Source: an uncultured Bacilli bacterium
GTDB lineage: Bacteria > Bacillota_I > Bacilli_A > RF39 > UBA660
DNA length: 63,753 nucleotides
Reading direction: 5' to 3'
NCBI GenBank assembly: GCA_947629255.1
Contig: CANRDF010000003.1
Location: 1 to 63,753, forward strand
Shown here: one piece after another, positions 29,170-39,353 of the stretch
Position numbering within the stretch: the first letter of the stretch is position 1
Layout: the number at the start of each line of letters is the position of its first letter
Notes under the pieces: model-generated
What the model was told of the DNA's origin: nothing
The model's database searches: none
What the model saw: the letters and a program-made list of their open reading frames with translations, nothing else
Translations under genes and position numbers: made by a program

Positions 29170-29185
29170 TGTTTCACGAGAAACA
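29170..29185. promoter_or_regulatory. parS-like site 5 (degenerate core)
   Basis: TGTTTCACGAGAAACA, with CACGAG instead of CACGTG. The flanks extend the palindrome to 29166..29189. Confidence 0.6.
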
Positions 29186-29273
29186 TTTGTTATTCACTAA
29201 AAAAATACACCAATTAATAATATTTTAATAAAATATACATTAATTTGATTAAAAAATAATTCTTATTACAATA

Positions 29274-29289
29274 TGTTCCACGTGGAACA
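29274..29289. promoter_or_regulatory. parS-like site 6
   Basis: TGTTCCACGTGGAACA. Confidence 0.85.
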
Positions 29290-29438
29290 TTAGTTATAAA
29301 CATTTTTAAATTTATAAAACATAAAAATATTCTTTATTATAAATTCAATTTGCATTAATTTAAAATTATTCCTTTTAAAATTTAATATACTATAAATTTT
29401 ACTAATTTAAATATTAAAATTTATTATTAACTAATCAA

Positions 29439-29454
29439 TGTTCCACGTGGAACA
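29439..29454. promoter_or_regulatory. parS-like site 7
   Basis: TGTTCCACGTGGAACA. Confidence 0.85.
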
Positions 29455-29505
29455 TTCTGTAACGTTTTAAAGAATATAAATTAATTCCTACAAATATTCA
29501 ACTTA

Positions 29506-29521
29506 TGTTTCACGTGAAACA
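29506..29521. promoter_or_regulatory. parS-like site 8
   Basis: TGTTTCACGTGAAACA. A 22-bp palindrome spans 29503..29524. Confidence 0.85.
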
Positions 29522-29644
29522 TAAAATTGGACTAATGCTCATAACTTTTAAAATACTAAATCAATTTAATTATATATATTAAAAAATTAACTTATATCCA
29601 ATGCATAACTCAATATCAATAAAAATTTAAACCTTATCAAAAGA

Positions 29645-29660
29645 TGTTCCACGTGAAACA
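29645..29660. promoter_or_regulatory. parS-like site 9
   Basis: TGTTCCACGTGAAACA, identical to the B. subtilis consensus. The palindromic flanks span 29637..29668. Confidence 0.85.
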
Positions 29661-29758
29661 TCTTTTGAAATTTAAACTCAAAACTAATTTTTAACATATG
29701 CAGCAAATAACACTATCATTACAGATTTAATATGTTAATAATTTTTATTCATTTCTAA

Positions 29759-29774
29759 TGTTCCACGTGGAACA
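29759..29774. promoter_or_regulatory. parS-like site 10
   Basis: TGTTCCACGTGGAACA. A perfect 30-bp palindrome spans 29752..29781. Confidence 0.85.
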
Positions 29775-29848
29775 TTAGAAAATAAATGTGCATAACTAGT
29801 TTTAATGAACATTTGTTCGAACAAATAGTATAAAAAAAGAAACTAGCT

Positions 29849-32329
29849 TTATTTCTCACTAGTTTCTTCATTATTAATAGTTTCAGTATCTTCTAATACC
29901 TCAGAAATCTCTTCTTTTTCTTCATGTTCCACAATGCTTATCGTTGATACACTTTGATTATCCTTTAAGTGGATAAGTCGAACACCCTGTGTAACTCTAC
30001 CCAAAGTAGAAACTTGTTCCAAAGGTAAGCGAATCAACATACCTGTATTCGTAATAATAACAACATCTGAATTTTCCTCTACAATTTTAAACGATGCAAT
30101 AGAACCATTCTTTTCAGTAATATTAAGGGCTTTTACACCTTTGCTTCCTCTAGAAGTTTGTCGATAATCAGAAACGATTGTTTGTTTTCCATAACCCTTC
30201 TCAGTGACTATCAATATCTTATCCTCATCTTTGGCAACCTCAGCACCAATACAAGTATTATCTTCACCTAAATTAATGCCTCGAACACCACTTGCCGTTC
30301 TACCCATAACTCTTAAAGCATCCTCAGTAAACTTAACCATCCTGCCTGAACTAGAGCCCAGTAAAACTAAATCATTTCCAGTAGTCTTCCGAACACTAAT
30401 AAGTTCATCTGTTTCACGAAGTGTAATACAAATCTTACCATTTGTACGAATATTATCAAACTCAGAAATAGCTGTTTTCTTAACAATACCTTTCTTAGTC
30501 GCGAATAACAAGTATTTATAGGTATCATCCTCTGGACTAATACGAATTAACGAATTAATAGACTCATCTTTATCAATTTGAAGTAAGTTGATAACTGGTA
30601 TTCCTTTAGATTGCCTACTAAACTCTGGAATTTCATAGCCCTTTAAACGATAAACCTTACCTTTATTTGTAAAGAATAATACATAATCATGTGTGGATAA
30701 GTTAAGTAAATGTTCCACAAAATCTTCTTCATTCGTTGCCATACCCTTAACACCAACACCACCACGATTCTGTGATTTAAACGTATCACTTGTCGTTCTC
30801 TTAATATAGCCTTTATTCGTTAAAGCAATCATAATATTTTCTTCAGGAATCAAAGACTCATCTTCAATATACTCAATCGCAGTCATATCAATATGAGTAC
30901 GACGTTCATCAGCATATTTATCTTTAATTTCAAGAAGTTCAGAACGAATAATTGCCAAAACTTTTTCTTCACTTGCTAATATTGCCTTATATTCCTCAAT
31001 TTTTTGTAACAAATCAGCAAGTTCTTCTTCAATTTTCTCTTTCTCTAAACCAGTTAAACGACGAAGTCTCATTTCCAAAATTGCATTTGCTTGAATCTCA
31101 TCTAATCCAAACTTAGACATCAATCCATCTCGTGCATCATCATCCGTTCTACTACCACGAATAACCTTAATAACCTCATCAATATGATCAAGAGCAATCT
31201 TCAAACCCTCTAAAATATGAACTCTATCTTGAGCCTTCTTTAAATCAAATTGAGTTCTACGAATAATAACTTCCTTTTGAAAATCAATATATTTACTAAT
31301 GATGTCACGTAACCCCAAAGTTTTAGGGACACCCTGGTCTATCATCAATAAAATGATACCATAAGTCGTTTGAAAAGCCGTATGTTTATACAAATTATTG
31401 AGTACAACTTGAGGATTAGCATCTTTCTTCAAAGTAATCGTAATCTTAATACCATCTTTCAAATCAGAATGATAATCAGCAATTCCATCAATAATTTTAT
31501 TGTGAACCAACTCAGCAACCTTATTTTTCAGCTCTAAAGTATTCACTCCATAAGGAACTTCATCAAAAATAATCGAATATTTTCCATTTTTCTCTTCAAT
31601 ACTTGCCTTTGAACGAATCGTAATCGTTCCTCGCCCTGTTTCATAAGCCTTACGAATACCAGAATTTCCTAAAATAATCGCACCTGTTGGAAAATCAGGT
31701 CCCTTAATATGTTGCATTAATCCATCTGTATCAATATTTGGATTATCAATATATGCAACACACCCATCAATCACTTCTCCTAAATTATGAGGCGGAATAT
31801 TTGTCGCCATACCAACCGCAATACCCATTGTACCATTAACCAAAATATTCGGAAATCTACTAGGTAAAACAGTAGGTTCTTCTTCCAACTCATCAAAATT
31901 TGGAGTCATATTCACAGTATCTTTATTTAAATCACGAAGAAGTTCATTGGTAATCTTAGCCATACGTGCTTCTGTATAACGCATTGCAGCCGCGCCATCA
32001 CCATCCATATTACCAAAGTTACCATGCCCATCAACAAGAGGATAACGGAAACTAAAATCTTGAGCCATACGAACCAATGCATCATAAATAGAAGAATCGC
32101 CATGTGGGTGAAATTTACCCATAACATCACCGACAATACGTGCACATTTCTTATGTTGTTTATCAAAGGTATAGCCAGATTGATACATCGAAAACAAAAT
32201 ACGACGATGAACAGGCTTTAATCCATCTCTTAAATCAGGCAAAGCACGTGAGGTAATAACACTCATTGAATAATCAATAAATGAATCCTTTATCTCTTGA
32301 ACAATATTATTTTTTTCAATCTTATCCAT
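29849..32329 (-). CDS. gyrA: DNA gyrase subunit A
   Basis: '[26 protein letters not shown]', the active-site 'AAAMRYTE' and C-terminal beta-pinwheel repeats. Confidence 0.97.
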   Translation of the reverse strand: MDKIEKNNIVQEIKDSFIDYSMSVITSRALPDLRDGLKPVHRRILFSMYQSGYTFDKQHKKCARIVGDVMGKFHPHGDSSIYDALVRMAQDFSFRYPLVDGHGNFGNMDGDGAAAMRYTEARMAKITNELLRDLNKDTVNMTPNFDELEEEPTVLPSRFPNILVNGTMGIAVGMATNIPPHNLGEVIDGCVAYIDNPNIDTDGLMQHIKGPDFPTGAIILGNSGIRKAYETGRGTITIRSKASIEEKNGKYSIIFDEVPYGVNTLELKNKVAELVHNKIIDGIADYHSDLKDGIKITITLKKDANPQVVLNNLYKHTAFQTTYGIILLMIDQGVPKTLGLRDIISKYIDFQKEVIIRRTQFDLKKAQDRVHILEGLKIALDHIDEVIKVIRGSRTDDDARDGLMSKFGLDEIQANAILEMRLRRLTGLEKEKIEEELADLLQKIEEYKAILASEEKVLAIIRSELLEIKDKYADERRTHIDMTAIEYIEDESLIPEENIMIALTNKGYIKRTTSDTFKSQNRGGVGVKGMATNEEDFVEHLLNLSTHDYVLFFTNKGKVYRLKGYEIPEFSRQSKGIPVINLLQIDKDESINSLIRISPEDDTYKYLLFATKKGIVKKTAISEFDNIRTNGKICITLRETDELISVRKTTGNDLVLLGSSSGRMVKFTEDALRVMGRTASGVRGINLGEDNTCIGAEVAKDEDKILIVTEKGYGKQTIVSDYRQTSRGSKGVKALNITEKNGSIASFKIVEENSDVVIITNTGMLIRLPLEQVSTLGRVTQGVRLIHLKDNQSVSTISIVEHEEKEEISEVLEDTETINNEETSEK

Positions 32330-32340
32330 ACAAAACCTCC

Positions 32341-35356
<3,016 letters not shown>

Positions 35357-35424
35357 ATTATTGCCCCTTAAACCTCATTTATAGAAAAAGAATAGGTACA
35401 TTAATACTCCTATACCTAAATTAA

Positions 35425-35904
35425 TTATAACATATTATTTTCCATTTTAAAACGATTTTTTACATTTTTTCGTACTCTCAAAGCACTTTCCAAACGTGTA
35501 GAACGAAGAACTTGATTATCCAAAACACCATAGGAAGAAGATAGTATTAAACTCTTGTTATTTTTAAATAAAATTTCCACTCCCCCATACCCTCTTCGGT
35601 ATTCCAAAATATGATTTAAACTTATCCACACCGTATCTTGTTTTCGAATAGATGTCATTGGAAAAAAGATCATTTCATTTGACTCTTCCACAATGATAGG
35701 AGCCTTATATTTTACTCCAATAATTTCTTCTGTCCCTTTTTTTCTTCCTTCCAAACTACTTCCATAATAACGACAACTATGTTCAATAATATTAGTTGTT
35801 GAATCACGTACTAAAAAGTCCCCATGAACTTCGTACACTTGAGTAATGTTATCTTCAATAGGAATTAAAGCAAGTGTATCAATATTAATTTCATATTCTT
35901 TCAT
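35425..35904 (-). CDS. comK: ComK-family competence transcription factor
   Basis: 'IIEHSCRYYGSSLEGRKKGTEEI..YKAPIIVEESNEMIFFPMTS..VWISLNHI' aligns with B. subtilis ComK 'IVDRSCRFFGSSYAGRKAGT..HKPPIMVDPSNQIFLFPTLS..GWISHVHV'. Confidence 0.8.
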   Translation of the reverse strand: MKEYEINIDTLALIPIEDNITQVYEVHGDFLVRDSTTNIIEHSCRYYGSSLEGRKKGTEEIIGVKYKAPIIVEESNEMIFFPMTSIRKQDTVWISLNHILEYRRGYGGVEILFKNNKSLILSSSYGVLDNQVLRSTRLESALRVRKNVKNRFKMENNML

Positions 35905-35957
35905 GATAATTCCTCCTCCAAAAAAATGAAATTGACTCTAGAATAACATATAAGGAG

Positions 35958-35974
35958 GGTCGAAATTTGTCGAA
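35958..35974 (+). promoter_or_regulatory. tandem Spo0A-box pair (GGTCGAA-N3-TGTCGAA) upstream of the comK-like gene
   Basis: It reads GGTCGAAATTTGTCGAA, with two 7-mers at a 10-bp register, 54-70 nt upstream of the start codon. Confidence 0.5.
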
Positions 35975-36076
35975 AAAAGGAAGAACTAAACAAAATTTTC
36001 AAAAAATAAAAAGAAAATGCACTTTTAAACACATTTTCCTATAACTATTTATATATTATTTACTAATAAATCACTA

Positions 36077-37198
36077 TTAATAAGTTTTAACTGGCAAAAT
36101 AAGTTGTATCAAAGACTCATCAGAAACAGACTTAATCACAAGCGGTTTTACATCATTATTAAGGAGTATCAAAATATCATCTTCTTTAATTGTTTTTAAA
36201 GCCTCCATCATATACTTCGCACTGAAAGATATATCTATACTTGCCGTTGCACTTGTATCAATTTGAATCTTTTCTTCTGTCTTTCCAACTTCTGAAGCAT
36301 AAGAATTAATAATCATTTCCTTATTCTCAACTTTCATCTTAATAATATTCTTTTCTTTTCCCTGTGTTAATAAAGATGCTCTATCAACAGCCCCAAGAAA
36401 GTCATTCTTCTTTGTTTGAACAATAATTTCAAACTCAGTTGGAATTAAATTACTTGTATTTGGGAATGTTCCAGATAACAAATTCGTTTGAAACTTAATA
36501 TTCTTATATTGGAATAACACCCGATTATTAAATACATGCATATTCACATCTTCTTCATCATCCATTAAAATATGTTCAAGTTCAGTCACATTCTTTCCAG
36601 GAATTACAATGTTTACATCTCCTTCAACAGGAGTATCAATCTTAATATTTTTCTTTGCCAAACGATAAGAATCAGTTCCTAAACATTCAAGCATATCCCC
36701 ATTAATCTTAATATTTAAACCCGTTAAAATAGGTCTCAATTCTTGAGTTGAAATAGCAAAAGACGTTTGATTAATAAGTTCTTTTAGCACACTACTCTTT
36801 AAAACAATCGGGTCTTTATGAGTAATAAGTTTAATACTAGGATATTCACTTGGGTCTAAACAATTCAAATTATATTGATTAAAATCAGAATAAATTTTAA
36901 TCTTTAAACTATCCATCATTTCAAAGTTAATGACTTCACTAGGCATTTTTCTTATAATTTCCAAAATATACTTACTACTTATAATAATAGTTCCTGTACT
37001 TTCTATATTCTTAATCAGTTTACTTTCAATAAATGTTTCAATTGTAAGTTCACTATCACTTGCCATTAACGTAAGTCCGTCATTCGTTAATTCAAACTTA
37101 ATTCCATTTAATACAGGAATTACATTCTTTGCAGAGATACCTCTTGCTACATTATTTAAGTTTTCTAATAATATGTTTTTTTCAATCGCAAATTTCAT
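36077..37198 (-). CDS. dnaN: DNA polymerase III beta sliding clamp
   Basis: It is 373 aa with an N-terminal 'MKFAIEKNILLENLNNVARGIS..IPVLNGIKFE', directly downstream of dnaA. Confidence 0.95.
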   Translation of the reverse strand: MKFAIEKNILLENLNNVARGISAKNVIPVLNGIKFELTNDGLTLMASDSELTIETFIESKLIKNIESTGTIIISSKYILEIIRKMPSEVINFEMMDSLKIKIYSDFNQYNLNCLDPSEYPSIKLITHKDPIVLKSSVLKELINQTSFAISTQELRPILTGLNIKINGDMLECLGTDSYRLAKKNIKIDTPVEGDVNIVIPGKNVTELEHILMDDEEDVNMHVFNNRVLFQYKNIKFQTNLLSGTFPNTSNLIPTEFEIIVQTKKNDFLGAVDRASLLTQGKEKNIIKMKVENKEMIINSYASEVGKTEEKIQIDTSATASIDISFSAKYMMEALKTIKEDDILILLNNDVKPLVIKSVSDESLIQLILPVKTY

Positions 37199-37347
37199 TT
37201 TTTTTTCCTTCTTTCTTTTTATATTTATATATTCATATTATTAATACGGTGGATAACGTGGATAACTTTTACAACTACCCATGATACCGTACTCTTTTGT
37301 CGAATTTTGTCGTGGATAACTTTCCACATCTTTAAAGATTATTCACA
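37199..37347. other. oriC sub-region (dnaA-dnaN intergenic, incC-like): DnaA boxes plus an AT-rich unwinding candidate
   Basis: Reverse-orientation DnaA boxes are GGTGGATAA (37248..37256), CGTGGATAA (37257..37265) and CGTGGATAA (37311..37319), each 8/9. Forward 8/9 boxes are CTTTCCACA (37320..37328) and TTATTCACA (37339..37347). The tandem boxes abut an AT-rich tract at 37199..37247. Confidence 0.8.
37298..37314 (+). promoter_or_regulatory. tandem Spo0A-box pair (TGTCGAA-N3-TGTCGTG) inside oriC, overlapping a DnaA box
   Basis: It reads TGTCGAATTTTGTCGTG. The second box overlaps the DnaA box at 37311..37319. Confidence 0.5.
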
Positions 37348-38778
37348 TTACATCTTATTTTGTATCTCTTTAATCTCCCCTTCCAATGCTTTATTCGTCT
37401 TTAAATCTTGGGTAATTTTATCATAAGCGTGGATAACTGTTGAATGATCTCTTCCACCAAACTCAAACCCAATCCGATTTAAGTTTTCTTCGGTGAGAAC
37501 TCTTGATAAATACATCGCGATTTGTCTAGGATAAGCTACTTTTACGTTCCGTCTCTTCCCTTTCAAATCATTTACTGTAATATGGTAGTATTCTGCCACC
37601 GCATTTTGAATTCCCTCAATACTATTCGTCTTATAAATGTTACTATTTCCATAATCTCCCAAAGCTTCTACTGCAAAGTTAAAATCTATTTTATCAGGAA
37701 CCATCATAGAAGTATAAAACATCAGTCGATTCAAAGCACCTTCTAAGTATCGAACATCATTTTGAAAAGTATTTGCAATATACTCAATCACACTTTCCTC
37801 AATCTTTGCTGAAATACTCATGTTTTTAAGTTTTGCTTTAATAATGTTACATCGAAGTTCAAAGTCTGGTGGATAAATATCCACAGTAAGTCCCCATTGA
37901 AACCGACTGGTAAGTCTTTCTTCTAGTAATTTCAAATCATTCGGGCTTCTATCAGAACTAATAATGATCTGTTTATTTGCTTGATGTAAAGTATTAAAGG
38001 TATGGAAAAATTCTCCCTGTGTCTTTTCAGCACCAATTAACAACTGGATATCATCAATAATAAGAACATCAATGTCTCGATATTTTCTTTTAAAATCAGA
38101 GGCAACTTGAAAATTATTTCCTCCACTATTGGATATATTAATATAATCATCTTTAAACATTTCACTTGTTGTATAAAGTACCTTTTTCTTAGAATTTTTA
38201 ACAATATAGTTTCCTATCGCATGCATCAAATGTGTTTTTCCAAGTCCACTTTTCCCATAGATAAATAACGGGTTATGCACTTCTCCAGGATGCTCTGCCA
38301 CGATCATCGCGGCCATTTTCGCAAGCCGGTTGGAATCACCTACAACATAGTTATCAAAATTCAAATTTTCAATTAAGTTTGTATCCCAAGGTTCATCATT
38401 TTTAGAAGTAACTTCTTCTTTAGGAACAAAAAGTTGTTCACTTTTATCAAAGTTATCCACATTATCCACATTATCCACATTTTGTATTTGGGGTAATTCT
38501 TCTTCTTTTGGTTGAACATTTAATGCACTAAGTTCTTCTTTTAATAAGAATTCAAATTCATAGTTACGACTTGTTACCTTATAAAAAGCATTGTCAATTA
38601 AATCATAATAATTTGTACTTAATATTTTTTTATGTATTTCTAAAGGAACCTGTATATAGACTTTCGTATCCTCAATTTTCACAAGAACTAAATCGTGAAA
38701 CCAAGCATTAAAGGATGCAGAATTAACTTCTGGAATAATCTCATCTAAAACAGATTGCCATAGAGTCTTTTCATCCAT
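37348..38778 (-). CDS. dnaA: chromosomal replication initiator protein DnaA
   Basis: 'NPLFIYGKSGLGKTHL' (Walker A), 'LIIDDIQ', 'SDRSP' and the C-terminal 'YPRQIAMYL..GGRDHSTVIHA' DNA-binding domain. Confidence 0.97.
   Translation of the reverse strand: MDEKTLWQSVLDEIIPEVNSASFNAWFHDLVLVKIEDTKVYIQVPLEIHKKILSTNYYDLIDNAFYKVTSRNYEFEFLLKEELSALNVQPKEEELPQIQNVDNVDNVDNFDKSEQLFVPKEEVTSKNDEPWDTNLIENLNFDNYVVGDSNRLAKMAAMIVAEHPGEVHNPLFIYGKSGLGKTHLMHAIGNYIVKNSKKKVLYTTSEMFKDDYINISNSGGNNFQVASDFKRKYRDIDVLIIDDIQLLIGAEKTQGEFFHTFNTLHQANKQIIISSDRSPNDLKLLEERLTSRFQWGLTVDIYPPDFELRCNIIKAKLKNMSISAKIEESVIEYIANTFQNDVRYLEGALNRLMFYTSMMVPDKIDFNFAVEALGDYGNSNIYKTNSIEGIQNAVAEYYHITVNDLKGKRRNVKVAYPRQIAMYLSRVLTEENLNRIGFEFGGRDHSTVIHAYDKITQDLKTNKALEGEIKEIQNKM
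38453..38479 (+). repeat. three head-to-tail perfect DnaA boxes (TTATCCACA x3) inside the dnaA coding sequence
   Basis: TTATCCACATTATCCACATTATCCACA encodes (N-V-D)x3 of the domain II linker on the minus strand. Confidence 0.9.
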
Positions 38779-39090
38779 TTAACCACCCCGCTTCACTTCA
38801 TTCAAACTACCAATTTCATTGTACACTTTTTTTAATCACTTGAAAAGTATAAAATTTATATTAACACGTTATCCACAAGTTATCAACAGAAAAACACTAT
38901 ATAATATCGAACTTTCTAGCACTTATCCACATTATCAACATTTTTTAATTCACAGTAATGTGAACAAGTGTGTAAATGTTTATAAAAGTTATCCACACTG
39001 TGTTTATAAGTTGATAAAATAAAAGATATTAATATAAATACAGAATAAAAAAGCATAAAAAAATGTGAATAAGAATTCACATAAAAGATA
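38779..39090. other. oriC sub-region upstream of dnaA (incAB-like DnaA-box cluster and dnaA promoter)
   Basis: Perfect TTATCCACA boxes lie at 38869, 38923 and 38989. TTATCAACA (8/9) lies at 38880 and 38932, and TGTGAATAA (8/9, reverse) at 39064. An AT-rich tract spans 39001..39060. Confidence 0.85.
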
Positions 39091-39095
39091 AGTTA

Positions 39096-39314
39096 TTAAC
39101 TTTGTTGAAGTTCTTTTATTACTTCAATAGATAAACCAGTTACCTTAGATATATATGAAATATCAGATTTCTTCAACATAGCTTTTGCAATCTCCTCACT
39201 TTTGTCATCTTTTCCTTCCCCATAGGCAATCACTCGTTCTATATCCACAGATGCCCACTTTTTTGCGACCCTCTTTGCTTGTTTTAAATCTTTTTTGTTT
39301 GCTGCAAATATCAT
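39096..39314 (-). CDS. stand-alone homologue of the Rpn-nuclease C-terminal domain (72 aa)
   Basis: 'MIFAANKKDLKQAKR..ERVIAYGEGKD..EEIAKAMLKK..ISKVTGLSIEVIKELQQS' is collinear with the last ~75 aa of the upstream 281-aa protein ('MILAANAEDFRQARK..ERVIAFGEGKD..EEIAKALLKK..ISEVTGFSIENIEELKNS'). It has its own RBS. Confidence 0.65.
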   Translation of the reverse strand: MIFAANKKDLKQAKRVAKKWASVDIERVIAYGEGKDDKSEEIAKAMLKKSDISYISKVTGLSIEVIKELQQS

Positions 39315-39353
39315 AACTAAATCCTTTCTTTTTCAAATTATTAATATTATAAT

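Larger units (their letters stand above)
28763..29774. repeat. array of ten parS-like palindromes (TGTTNCACGTGNAACA) in about 1 kb of non-coding AT-rich DNA
   Basis: The sites are at 28763, 28828, 28947, 29108, 29170, 29274, 29439, 29506, 29645 and 29759 (16-mers). Eight are exact matches to TGTTYCACGTGRAACA and two have one mismatch. No credible ORF lies in the region. Confidence 0.9.

Noticed and set aside
29128-29198. Two GTTATTCAC motifs after parS sites 4 and 5, considered as weak DnaA boxes.
   Set aside because: At best they match the TTATCCACA consensus at 7-8 of 9 positions (TTATTCACA 8/9, TTATTCACT 7/9). There are only two copies in very AT-rich DNA, so they are indistinguishable from chance without binding data.
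28763-29774. I asked whether the repeat array could be a CRISPR array or a set of miniature transposable elements.
   Set aside because: The repeats are 16-30-bp perfect palindromes with irregular spacing of 62-165 bp. There are no cas genes, no leader, no terminal inverted repeats and no target duplications. The core equals the parS consensus, which explains the repeats better.
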